Source: Nemertoderma westbladi (Eukaryota; Animalia; Xenacoelomorpha). Taken from it: a DNA stretch of 64,000 nt. Each line of letters opens with the position of its first letter. The first letter of the stretch is position 1. Made by a program: the position numbers and the translations under genes. The notes below the pieces were generated by a model, which was given only the letters and a program-made list of their open reading frames with translations, searched no databases and was not told where the DNA came from. Positions 49,560 to 62,029 of the stretch are shown here, one piece after another. The stretch covers positions 81,326 to 145,325 of the forward strand of contig JAUCBJ010006774.1 in the NCBI GenBank assembly GCA_032718475.1, read 5' to 3'.

Positions 49560-51150
49560 TCCACTGCGATACCCACTCTGTGGAATGGCAAACCAGGGTG
49601 TGGTATTTGCCCAGAGAACTGACCCGGCAAAAACACCCCCAAGCCCCACTATGGATTACATTAGTAATGCGGAGGTCCAGCCATTAGAGGCCAGTGGAAT
49701 TACCAGAGACAATTGGCCTCAGCTATACTGAGGCCCAAACCTCAGGTAATACCCTAACAATCAGGTGCCAATGCAACAAGGCGAGCTGACTGCCCTGGCA
49801 GATAATCTTTGCCTTGCCTTTGTGCAGTTGGTATTCATACATAAGCACCGAATGCAGACTGGACAGACTGATGAGGTTCTGATTAAGGACATGGGGGCCG
49901 GTTGGCAACTCGCCCTCACATCAGCAGATGATAGTGGCAATGGTGGAATTGGTCTATTTATGAATCCAACTCCACATGCAGCATTGGACAAAATAGACCA
50001 AATCTCCAACCGCATCTTCCAGAGACTTTAATTCAAGCCTAAATCACTCATCTATAGCAATGGTCAATTATAGCAAAAGTAAAGTCAAAGTAAAGTCAAA
50101 GTATAGCAATTCCATCCATCTTCATGATTTCATCTCTGAAATGGATTGTTTTCGGCTGGAACCCAGTTCAAGAAGCGAACTGGAAAGCTATGGACTCATA
50201 GTGGACCCAGTGGTTACAAGTCCCAGATAGACCATATTCTGTTTCATAGGAAATACAGGAGTTCTATACAAGACTGTAATGCATTTGCACTTCGACCCTT
50301 TTCCAGTGATCACCGCCTTATTGTGGACAAGGTAAGTCTTAGTCTGCGTGCAAGCTTGCCGCGGCATGATTGGTCCTCTCTGTTGCAACAGACAAGTGTG
50401 AGATCCAGCTTCACACTAAAGCTGAGCAACAGGTTTCGGAGGTTACAGATCACTACGAGGGCTATACTGCCTTCACAGAAGCAGTTAAGTTAGCAGCTGC
50501 AGAAACAGTTCCTGTATACCCTCGATACAGGAAAAGGGCCCCTTGGACTGACCACGAAATTCAGAAGTGCCGAAATTACCTCTATAAGGCGCAGAAAGAG
50601 TCCCGACTCAAACAGACTACAGCGGCCAAGAATGCAGTTAAGGCTACATCTAGGTCCCTGAACAGGCACTACTATGATAATCTAAAGGAGCTTATCAATA
50701 AGTAGGTTGATGCCATTGACAATGCTGATGATAGGAAGCAACCAGATAGAAGCCCAGACTTGGCAATCAATAAACCTGCTCACTGGGAGGAAAGACAACC
50801 AACCACTAAGGTTAATGCTGAATATCCAGCTGAACGCCTCAATGGTTGGAAGGACCACTATGAGAAGCTTCTAAACAATGACTGGGTATTGTCTGATAAC
50901 TTGGAGGTACATCGTATATCTGAGTCTGTGCTTACATATCCCAATTGGTGACATCACCTTTGCTGAAATCAAGACTGCAGCTAGGAGTATCAAAACCACT
51001 CGTACCAGTGGATCAAATGGCGTCTTCAAAATTCCTGAGTGTTTGGAGCTCATTCACCATATTATTGTGGACATGCATGTATAGGACAAAGAGTCCCTCA
51101 AGAACTGAAAACAAATAAGTTGGTCCCAGCCCCAAAGAAGGGCAACCTAA
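49560..51150 (+). mobile_element. Degenerate RTE-clade LINE 5' half (endonuclease to start of RT)
   Basis: Frameshifted pieces: GNGGIGLF...ISNRI; FKKRTGKLWTH...SQIDHIL...SDHRLI; ERLNGWKDHYEKLLN; ITFAEIKTA; LVPAPKKGNL. Boundaries approximate. Confidence 0.85.
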
Positions 51151-52405
51151 CAATATTTTTAGTTAGTTTATCATTCTTACAACCGGACATTATAAAACTG
51201 ACAATATTTCATATTCACAGAGAGTTTGCGAGGGAAGGTTAAAAATACTACTTTTTGTCATTTACTGTCATTGTCATTCTCAATTTTTCTCATTTTTCAT
51301 TCTCATTATATTTTTTGGTCACTTTTAGTCACAAAAAATGTATCCCCACCTTTCTTTATCCGATTTTGCTAACTTTTTTGTTTCTCTCCAGAACAGATTC
51401 CTTGGATGGATTTTTGAAATTCGCTATAATTTCCGAGAAAAGTTACGTCTAATATTTGGTAGAATGTAGTCTGTCCGTCCGTCTGTCGGTTGTCTGTGTG
51501 TCTTACATTTTGACAGACAGATATCCCACGACATGACCTACTTTAGATACGACCCGCCAAGCTGCTGCAAAGCCCCTAAATTTAGTGGGCCAGATATTTC
51601 TCTTAGATAAAACCCCTGAAACAATAGGTCTAGCGCGTCGAAAGTACTTGTCCTTAACTAAAATTATGTCCTCTCTCAGATGAGATAAATAAAAATTTAA
51701 TAGCTCCAGTAGTTTTCGAGATATGAGGAGTTCCAGGCACCCATACTATATCAGCACTTTTCGGAATTGATAAAATTTATCAAAATACATCACCCTTCAA
51801 GACTGTGGTATGTCCATTAAACCATATTATGCTTTTTTGTTTTGTTGAATTAATTATTAGTAATCGAAAGCAAGATTAGAAGCAACATTTTCATTGTTTA
51901 TTTTATAATAGACACTAAAAGAGCACCAAAATTACAAGTAGTTCGAAATATTCAAATCGTCAAAATTTTAAAAGTTTATAAAATTGTGTGTATTTTCAAA
52001 AATGGCCAATGTGTCAGTCGTCGAAAATTCTAAGTGCCAGCCAGTGTGCACTTATATTTCAGTACTGCAGTACTCTGGTACTGATCCAGTAATGTTGTGA
52101 ATTATTCAGTAAATGCATTGCACTGCACTACTGCGTTACTGCTGAGTGCAGACTGCATTATGCTATTACTGTGTTTGGCATCAATGCCTTATCATCATTA
52201 TATTACCTAATTACGTCCGTACCTGTTTTTATTTGACTATTTATTATCACCTCTACACGGGCTGGTAGCCACGGCGCCTCGGGGGCCTAATCTTGGTCTG
52301 GACATACAGTAGTATCTGAATCAGTATGCAGGCCGTAACAGTTAATTGGAAAGTGCTGTGTGTATAGATGCCGCTCGCGCGCCCGGTCTACAGTGGCACT
52401 TACTT

Positions 52406-53072
52406 TCTACTACTACTAGGATCGGCATGCTGCATTGCAGCTGCATTTTTAAGAATGCTGTGCCGACTTGTCGACAAAATTGCACCGCCACAACTCCCTA
52501 TCACCCATGACATTTGCTAGATCATCCGCATCTTCAAGGCCAGTGTCCTTTAAGATGCGTCTCAAGAAAGTCATGGGCTGTCCACCATGCTTATTCACTC
52601 CATGAGGCTGCCAAAGTACAAGATTATGCACTGGCTGGTCCTCACGGCGAAAGCAATGTCCTGCAAAGCGGAGGCGATTTTGTTCTAGTGTCAAGCTTGG
52701 GGGAACCAATGAGACACCTCCAATGTTATATAGTGTCTGGTTGGAGATGTGTGCATTGTACTTGACACAATGAACCCGGCGTAGCATTCTTGTGAATATG
52801 CCATTCAGAGATTTGGTGTCCTCAGCAGTTAGAGCCCAGCATAGACTCCCATAGAGGAGTACTGGAACTACTGCTGCTCTAAATAATCGGACCTTAAGTT
52901 TCCGATTAATTCTCGTTGGCTTCCAAATCCTGGAAAGCCTATTCAAGGCTGCCCATGCCTTTCCCTTACGTATTCGAAGGTCCTCACCTGACTTCCGGAT
53001 CCATGATCCCAGGTAACAGAAGTCGTCCACATACCATCCTGCGAGCATATGCTCATCCGATCAGAGACTACA
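52406..53072 (-). mobile_element. 5'-truncated RTE-clade LINE copy, same family as 34226-34807
   Basis: VDDFCYLGSWI...DLRIRKGKAWAALNRLSRIWK...KVRLFRAAVVPVLLYG with a (TAG)n tail. 20-bp TSD GTCTACAGTGGCAC(T/C)TACTT (52386-405 / 53073-92). Confidence 0.93.
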
Positions 53073-53120
53073 GTCTACAGTGGCACCTACTTAGTTCGAC
53101 TCGTCAGGGTTCTTCTACAG

Positions 53121-53465
53121 AATAGATGACACCAGGGCCTTCCGCTTCCACAAACATTTGTACATTTCGACGGGCGATATATTCAGTATCCCCGGAATCT
53201 GTTCCGACTTCAGTGTGCTAAATACCTCAAATTCCTCGGAGACCGCCAGTAAAAAGAATCCGTCCATCGTCCATCAAAATTCATGGAAGGAGAATAAAAT
53301 TAGTTCTTTATCTGATGTAGAGATGAAGCTACTGCTGGACTTGGGGTTGGAGGGGCCGGTTATTCTCTTTAAGAACCATCATGCTAGGTTTATTCTTCTG
53401 CCTAAACCAGCGGGACTCCTGTCTGAATCCCCCGAAGACATATCTGCCTTTTCGGAGGATCTCAA
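53121..53465 (+). CDS. Candidate internal coding exon of an unidentified host gene
   Basis: 345-nt stop-free, GC-elevated segment between TTCTTCTACAG| and |GTAAGA (IDDTRAFRFHKHLYISTGDIF...SAFSEDL). Alternative AGs lie at 53094 and 53107. No recognised domain. Confidence 0.45.
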
Positions 53466-53520
53466 GTAAGACAATATGCGTTGCCACCTTAACAGTAGGC
53501 CTATTCGCTTCTTACTGTCT

Positions 53521-54687
53521 ATAGATAGATTGATAGATTTATTTATACATTATGTAAAAAACAATAACAAATACACCAAACAATGTACCGGTATAAAGGT
53601 ATTGTCCAACATAACATATAGGATTACCCCTAAAGCTTTGCAGCTTGTTTCCAAGGGGGTCCTTTACGTTACTTGGTTACAAATACAATATTACACTACG
53701 CTAACCTAAAACCAATATAAAACGTAATTTCACTATGTACATGTACAACTTTACCGAGAGCGTGACAATGCCCGACTCAACGATAAAGATGTAATGTACA
53801 GAACAATTTATTATAAAACGTAATTACAGTATAAATAGTAAATAATTAATAAACTAATAACTTACTGTAGGACTATTGTACCTATTTTTACATTGCACAC
53901 GGAGGTGAGATTTAACTGCAGATTTAAAAGAATGTTGATTATTTGGGTTTTTAATTTCATTAGGCAGAGCGTTCCAATTTTTAATGCCGTTAAAAAAGAA
54001 AGTATCAGATTCGAAGGATTTACAATTCGGGAGGTAGAAGTTTGAAGCACTAGCTCTGGTACTGTAAGAGTGTGTATCGCGTACTCTGTTGAATTTTTGT
54101 TTTAGGTAATTGGGACATTTACCATTATACACTTTATGCACATGGTTAAGGCGTAGCTAGCTGCTTAACTCTACTATCTAAGTTAAGTAGTCCAGATTCA
54201 GAAAAGTCATCTGGAGTTAGGTGGTGCCTAGGTTTGTAGTCTTTAATAAATCGTACTACTTTATTCTGAGCTACTTGTAATTTACATTTAAGCTGTTTGG
54301 TTAAGCCTTCATACCAAGAAGAGCACGCATAGTCCATGTGACACTGTATTAAAGAAGAGCAAAGTAACTTGCGGGAGTCGGTGTTTAAACTATTTTGGTT
54401 TCTGTATAGAAACCTAAGCCTACTGTTAACTTTCGAGAAAATATTTTTCACTATGCTTTCTCCTGATAAGCAGTTATCCAATGTGGCGCCTAAATATTTA
54501 ACTTCCTTTTTATTTTCAATCTTATGTCCATTACTAGTGACTTCAAACTTAGTTACCTTCTTTAACTTTCTTTTGGAACCAAACAAAATACTTCCAGTCT
54601 TACCGTAGTGAATGGATAGCTTATTATCAACCAACCACTCATTACAGTATTCTAGAACTGCACTTAACTTTTGGGATATATTTTTGG
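53521..54687 (-). mobile_element. 5'-truncated CR1-group LINE (Crack/L2-like)
   Basis: WLVDNKLSIH..KT..ILFG...VKYLGATLD..LS...LIQCHMDYACSSW...KLQVAQNKVVRFI...TFFFNGIKNWNALP. Tail ATAAATAAATCTATCAATCTATCTAT. 11-bp TSD TCTTACTGTCT (53510-20 / 54688-98). Confidence 0.92.
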
Positions 54688-54871
54688 TCTTACTGTCTTG
54701 GATTTAATAGACAAAGGTAATTGATACATAATAGATAGGCTGAGATAAATTAATATTGCAACTGCAATACCGGTATAATGAGGAACTGATATTATTTATA
54801 GGATGGCTAAAACGTCTGTCCTTATCTGATCTGATCTAACGGTATCTGACACTTGTTCCACCTTGGTTCAG

Positions 54872-55050
54872 AGCCCACCTTGGTGTAGTGGTATATTGAA
54901 TTCACATCTCTCGGAGGTTGTGGGTTCAACCCCGGCATGATGGGGGCCAAGATAGTTTTTGTTTCGGCACAAATGTTTTGAAGGGTTTAGCGAGGCATCT
55001 CTGCCTTTCATTCTTAAATGGTAGCTAAATGAGCACTGGACTTTCTGCCT
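54872..55050 (+). mobile_element. tRNA-derived SINE remnant
   Basis: Pol III A box TGGTGTAGTGG (54881-91) and B box GGTTCAACCCC (54923-33) at tRNA-like spacing. No complete cloverleaf. Confidence 0.55.
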
Positions 55051-55069
55051 ATGTCAGCATGTGAAGTTT

Positions 55070-55118
55070 CATGACCTACTATAACAGTATAACTATAACA
55101 GTGTTATAGTAGGTCATG
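55070..55118. mobile_element. 49-bp P-element-like TIR-only element
   Basis: Perfect 17-bp TIR CATGACCTACTATAACA/TGTTATAGTAGGTCATG. 7-bp direct repeat GAAGTTT on both sides (55063-69 / 55119-25). Confidence 0.75.
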
Positions 55119-55242
55119 GAAGTTTCCCCGGTATTCCCCTAAACCCGGGGGGGGGGGGGGGGGGGTCAATATAACACCTCCCCCTCTGAAACTAACGATA
55201 CTAACTAAAAGACTAACTGAAACGAACTAAAAGGAATTCAAA

Positions 55243-57433
55243 TCCACGAAGCTAAGGAAAATCAACTACTTTCGCTAAGAAAGATTTTCCTTAGCTGAGA
55301 TGGTCTATTCATAGTGGGCTATTTTACTTGTATGGGGCAGATTTAGTGTTTTTTTATTCCGGAAAAAACTAGCCTTTAACAGTACCCTGAAACTTTGCAT
55401 GTATATACTATTCGTCGAGGCGCGTCGTATGGGATGGGTCTCATATCCAGGAAAAATATGGTTTCCATGGCAACGGACATAGAAAAAAGTCTATGTATTT
55501 CAAGTCAATATTTGTAACTCTATTTGTAGGGAAACTATAATAGATATAAACTTGGGGTTTCGCAACTCAACTATGAAGTCCATAGCATAGCCGATTGAGG
55601 TTAAATAGAAAATCCAGTTACCTTGGCAACCGGGCTAAACAGATGTTAAAATTTATAAAATGTTAATTTGAAGCCTAAGGTTAATGTGTGATGACTTGGG
55701 ACCAACCCCTACCCCCACTATATAACTTATTCTGCGTCCGAATTTTATTGTTATATTTTGCAGTTACCATGACAACCGCTGAAAACAGATGTTTTTATAG
55801 AAAATTAGCTCATTTGGACATAGACTTCGCAATAAAATTTTACGAAACTGGGTATGTGTTATCAGGACTGGAGCACTAGTTGGAACTTTTAGTGAAACTC
55901 AAAACATTCCAGAAATATCTAGGTACCATGGTAACTGGAGTTTATTAAAGTTTATATCATTCAAATCTAAATTCAATACTCTATTTGTTACAAAATAATG
56001 TAATATATATAAATTTGGGGTATTGCAACTCATCTATAAGGTCCATATACAAGCCGTTCGAGAATAATTACACAATCTAGTTACCATAGCAACAAAACTA
56101 AACAGATGTCAAAATTTAAAATATAATAATTTGAAGCACAAGTTAATAGTATTATGACTTGGGACCAACCCCTACCCCCACTATATTACTTATTCTGCAT
56201 TCGAATTACATTGTTCTATTTTTCAGTTACCATGACAACCGCTGAAAACAGATGTTTTTATTCAAAACTTATTCATTTGGACATAGACTTCACGATAAAA
56301 TTTTATAAAACTGGGTATGTGTTATCTGGACCACTAGTTGGAACTTTTAGTGAAACTTAAATTATTCCAGAAATTTAGTTACCATGGTAACTGTAGTTTT
56401 ATTAAACTCTATATCATTCAAATCTATATTGATAACTCTATTTGTAGCAAAACTGTAATATATATAAACTTGGGGTTTTGCAACTCGAACTCATCTATAA
56501 GATCCATATCCAAGCCGTTTGAGGTTAATTAGAAAATACAGTTACCATAGCAACAAGTCTAAACAGATGTTAAAATTTATAAAATGATAATTTGAAGCAC
56601 AAGTTAATAGTATTATGACTTGGGACTAACCCCTACCCCCACTATATGACTTATTCTGCATCCGAATTACATTGTTCTATTTTTCAGTTACCATGACAAC
56701 CGCTGAAAACAGATGTTCTTATTCAAAACTTGTTCATTTGGACATAGACTTCACGATAAAATTTTACAAAACTGGGTATGTGTTATCTGGACCATTAGTT
56801 GGAACTTTTAGTGAAACTTAAATTATTCCAGAAATTTAGTTACCATGGTAACTGTAGTTTATTAAACTCTATATCATTCAAATCTATATTGATAACTCTA
56901 TTTGTAGCAAAACTGTAATATATATAAACTTGGGGTTTTGCAACTCATTTATAAGATCCATATCCAAGCCGTTTGAGGTTAATTAGAAAATACAGTTACC
57001 ATAGCAACAAGTCTAAACAGATGTTAAAATTTATAAAATGATAATTTGAAGCACAAGTTAATAGTATTATGACTTGGGACCAACCCCTACCTCCACTATA
57101 TGACTTATTCTGCATCCGAATTACATTGTTCTATTTTTCAGTTTCCATGACAACCACTGCAAACAGATGCATTTTGATAGAAAATCGGTAATCTGGACAT
57201 AAACTACAATATTTTCTGAAACTCAGTATATGTGTTATCTGAACCACAATCTGTACTGAATTTTTTTTCAAAGGTTAAAGCAACAGTTCCAGAGAACTCT
57301 AGTTTCCATGGGAATAGAAGTTAGTTATTGACAATTGCTACTAAACGAGGCTAAGCAACGAACCAAAGTGTGGCCGTTTGTTTAATTTTCCTTAGCTTCG
57401 TGGTTGCATTTCCTTTAGGAAATGCCTTTCTCG
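55243..57433 (+). mobile_element. Non-autonomous Helitron/HINE-like element, copy 1 (longest internal array)
   Basis: A|TC start. 5' subTIR CCACGAAGCTAAGGAAAAT with a nearby inverted TTTTCCTTAGCT, ~457-bp internal repeats, 3' subTIR ATTTTCCTTAGCTTCGTGG, hairpin GCATTTCCTTTAGGAAATGC, end CTCG|T. Confidence 0.8.
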
Positions 57434-57438
57434 TAAAA

Positions 57439-59158
57439 TCCACGAAGCTAAGGAAAATCAACTACTTTCGCTAAGAAAGATTTTCCTTAGCTGAGATGGT
57501 CTATTCATAGTGGGCTATTTTACTTGTATGGGGCAGATTAGTTTTTTTTAAGTCCAGCAAAAACTAGCCTTTAAAAGTACCCTGAAATTTTGCATGTATG
57601 TACTACTCGTCGAGGCGCATCTTTTGGGCTGGGTTTCATATCCAGGAAAAATCTGGTTTCCATGGCAACGGACTTAGAAAAAAGTCTATGTATTTCAAGT
57701 CAATATTTATAACTCTATTTGTAGGAAAACTATAATAGATATAAACTTGGGGTTTCTCAACTCAACTATAAGGTCCATAGCAGAGCCGATTGAGGTTAAA
57801 TAGAAAATCCAGTTACCTTGGCAACCGGGCTAAACAGATGTTAAAATTTATAAAAATGTTAATTTGAAGCCTAAGGTTAAGGTGTTATGACTTGGGACCA
57901 ACCCCTACCCCCACTATATAACTTATTCTGCGTCCGCATTTGACTGTTCTATTTTGCAGTTACCATGACAACCGATGAAAACAGATGTTTTTATACAAAA
58001 TTTACTCATTTGGATATAGACTTCGCAATAAAATTTTACGAAATTGGGAATGTGTTATCTGGACCATTAGTTGGAACTTTTAGTGAAACTCAAATCATTC
58101 CAGAAATATATAGTTACCTTGGTAACTGTATATTAATAAAGTCTATATCATTCAAGTCTATATTCATAACTCAATTTGTAGAAAAACCGCAATAGATATA
58201 AACTTGGAGTTTCTCAACTCAACTATAAGGGCCATAACCGAGCAGATTGAGGTAAATTTAAAAATCCTGATACCATGGCAACCAGGCTAAACAGATGTAA
58301 AAATTTATAAAATGATAATTTGAAGCACAAGTTAATAGTATTATGACTTGGGACCAACACCTACCCCCACTACATGACTTATTCTGCGTCCGAATTTCAT
58401 TGTTTAATTTTGCAGTTACCATGACAACCGCTGAAAACAGATGTTTTTATACAAAAATAACTCATTTGGACATAGACTTCGCGATAAAATTTTACGAAAC
58501 TGGATATGTGTTATCTGGACCACTAGTTGGAACTTTTAGTGAAACTCAAAACATTCCAGAAATATCTTGTTACCATGGTAACTGGAGTTTATTAAAGTCT
58601 ATATCATTCAAGTCTAAATTCAATACTCTATTTGTAGCAAAATAATGTAATAAATATAAATTTGGGGTTTTGCAACTCATCTGTAAGGTCCATATACAAT
58701 CCATTCGAGGTTAATTACACAATCCAATTACCATAGCAACAAGACTAAACAGATATTACAATTTCTAAAATGATAATTTGAAACACAAGTTAATAGTATT
58801 ATGACTTGGGACCAACACCTACCCCCACTATATGACATATTCTGCATCCGAATTACATTGTTCTATTTTTCAGTTTCCATGACAACCACTGCAAACAGAT
58901 GCATTTTGATAGAAAATCGGTAATTTGGACATAAACTACAATATTTTCTGAAACTCGGTATGTTATCTGAACTACAATCTGGACTGAATCTTTTTTCAAA
59001 GGTAAAACCAACAGTTCTAGAGAATTCTACTTTCCATGGGAATAGTAGTTAATTGGCAAATGCTACTAAACTAGGCTAAGCAACAAACCAAATTGTGGCC
59101 CTTTGTTTAATTTTCCTTAGCTTCGTGGTTGCATTTCCTTTAGGAAATGCCTTTCTAG
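57439..59158 (+). mobile_element. Helitron/HINE-like element, copy 2
   Basis: Same termini, ending CTAG|T; one fewer internal repeat than copy 1. Confidence 0.8.
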
Positions 59159-59357
59159 TACATATACTAATTCGTTTATTGTTTTGGTTAGATTCAGCCC
59201 TTCTGTAATCGGTGTTTTTGGTGAAAACCTGGTATTCTTCACATGGGGGTAACTGCAAAGTGAAATATAACGGCAGAAAGTCTGGTATTCTTCGCCCATG
59301 TAAAGAATACCAGGATTTCACTTTTCGGTCGATTTTTTCTTGGTCGATATTTTTTAT

Positions 59358-60613
59358 TCCACGAAGCTAAGGAAAATCAACTACTTTCGCTAAGAAAGAT
59401 TTTCCTTAGCTGAGATGGTCTATTCATAGTGGGCTATTTACTTGTGTGAGGCAGATTTGGGGTTTTTTGATAGGCGAAAAAACTAGCCTTAAAAGTACCC
59501 TGAAATATTGCATGTATATACTACTCGGCGAGGCGCATCTTTTGGGCCGGGTCTCATATCAGGAAAAATCTGGTTTCCATGGCAACGGACTTCAAAAAAA
59601 GTCTATGTATTTCAAGTCAATATTATAACTCTATTTGTAGGAAAACTATAATAGATTTAAACTTGGGGTTTTGCAACACAACTATAAGGTCCATAGCAGA
59701 TCCGATTGAGGCTAAATAGAAAATCCAGTTACGTTGGCAACGGGATAAACAGATGTTAAAATTTATAAAATGATAATTTGAGGCCTAAGGGCAAGGTGTT
59801 ATGACTTGAGACCAACCCCTACCCCCACTATATAACTTATTCTGCATCCGAATTACATTGTTCTATTTTTCAGTTACCATGACAACAGCCGAAAACAAGA
59901 TGTTTTTATACAAAAATTATTCATTTGGACATAGACTTCGCGATAAAATTTACAAAACTGGTATGTGTTATCTGCACCACTAGTTGGAACTTTTAGTGAA
60001 ACTTAAATCATTCAGAAATTTAGTTACCATGGTAACTGTAGTTTATTAAAACTCTATATCATTCAAGTCTATATTGATAACTCTATTTCTAGCAAAACTG
60101 TAATATATATAAACTTGGGGTTTTGTAACTCATCTATAAGGTCCATATACAAGCCGTTCGAAGTTAATTAGAAAATCCATTTACCATAGCAACAAGAGTA
60201 AACAGATGTTAAAATTAATAAAATGATAATTTGAAGCACAATTTAATAGTATTATGACTTGGGACCAACACCTACCCCCACTATATGACTTATTCTGCAT
60301 CGAATTACATTGTTCTATTTTTCAGTTTCCATGACAACCACTGCAAACAGATGCCATTTTGATAGAAAATCTGTAATTTGGACATAAACTACAATATTTT
60401 CTGAAACTCGAGGTGTTATCTGAAAAACAATCTGGACTGAATCTTTTTTCAAAGGTAAAACCAACAGTTCCAGAGAACTCTAGTTTCCATGGGAATAGAA
60501 GTTATTATTGGCAAATGCTACTAAACTAGGCTAAGCAACGAACCAAATTGTGGCCGTTTGTTTAATTTTCCTTAGCTTCGTGGTTGCATTTCCTTTAGGA
60601 AATGCCTTTCTAG
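59358..60613 (+). mobile_element. Helitron/HINE-like element, copy 3
   Basis: Same termini, ending CTAG|T. Confidence 0.8.
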
Positions 60614-60745
60614 TAAATTTATCTTTACTAAGTGTTTTATGCGCGTGCGCGATGTCCTTTATTTTTTGAGGGGGATGATCTATTGATCAGTCAGTCGGAC
60701 GGTTAGTAAGAAGGTGGGTGTAAACAAAAGCTGAGTTTGAGTAAA

Positions 60746-62021
60746 TCCACGAAGCTAAGGAAAATCAACTACTTTCGCTAAGAAAGATTTTCCTTAGCTG
60801 AGATGGTCTATTCATAGTGGGCTATTTTACTTGTGTGAGGCAGATTTGGTTTTTTTTGATTCCGGAAAAAACTAGCCTTTAAAAGTACCCTGAAATTTTG
60901 CATGTATATACTACTCGTCGAGGCGCATCCTGTGGGATGGGTCTCATATCCAGGAAAAATCTGGTTTCCATGGCAACGGACTTCAAAAAAAGTCAATGTA
61001 TTTCAAGTCAATATTTATAACTCTATTTGTAGGAAAACTATAATAGATATAAACTTGGGGTTTTGCAACACAACTATAAGGTCCATAGCAGATCAGATTG
61101 AGGCTAAATAGAAAATCCAGTTACCTTGGCAACCGGGATAAACAGATGTTAAAATTTATAAAATGTTAATTTGAGGCCTAAGGGCAAGGTGTTATGACTT
61201 GAGACCAACCCCTACCCCCACTATATAACTTATTCTGCATCCGAATTACATTGTTATATTTTTCAGTTACCATGACAACCGCCGAAAACAGATGTTTTTA
61301 TAGAAAAATTATTCATTTGTACATAGACTTCGCGATAAAATTTTACAAAACTGGGTATGTGTTATCTGCACCACTAGTTGGAACTTTTAGTGAAACTTAA
61401 ATCATTCCAGAAATTTAGTTACCATGGTAACTGTAGTTTATTAAACTCTATATCATTCAAGTCTATATTGATAACTCTATTTCTAGCAAAACTGTAATAT
61501 ATATAAACTTGGGGTTTTGTAACTCATCTATAATTTCCATATCCATCCAAGCCGTTTGAGGTTAATTAGAAAGTACAGTTACCATAGCAACAAGACTAAA
61601 CAGATGTTACTATTTATAAAATGATAATTTGAAGCACAAGTTAATAGTATTATGACTTGGGACCAAGACCTACCCCCACTATATGACTTATTCTGCATCC
61701 GAATTACATTATTATATTTTTCAGTTTCCATGACAACCACTGCAAACAGATGCATTTTGATAGAAAATCGGTAATTTGGACATAAACTACAATATTTTCT
61801 GAAACTCGGTATATGTGTTATAATCTGAACCACAATCTGGACTGAATCTTTTTTCAAAGGTAAAACCCACAGTTCCAGAGAACTCTAGTTTCCATGGGAA
61901 TAGAAGTAAATTATTGGCAATTGCTACTAAACTAGGCTATAAGCAACGAACCAAAGTGTGGCCGTTTGTTTAATTTTCCTTAGCTTCGTGGTTGCATTTA
62001 CTTTAGGAAATGCCTTTCTCG
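60746..62021 (+). mobile_element. Helitron/HINE-like element, copy 4
   Basis: Same termini, A|TC...CTCG|T. Confidence 0.8.
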
Positions 62022-62029
62022 TATATATA

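Noticed and set aside
54872-54945. Functional tRNA gene
   Set aside because: A/B boxes are present, but there is no convincing acceptor stem, anticodon arm or terminator; better explained as a SINE head.
55688-61857. Repeated short ORFs (MTWDQPLPPL...) as a gene family
   Set aside because: They lie in the Helitron-like internal repeats, and stops and indels differ from copy to copy.
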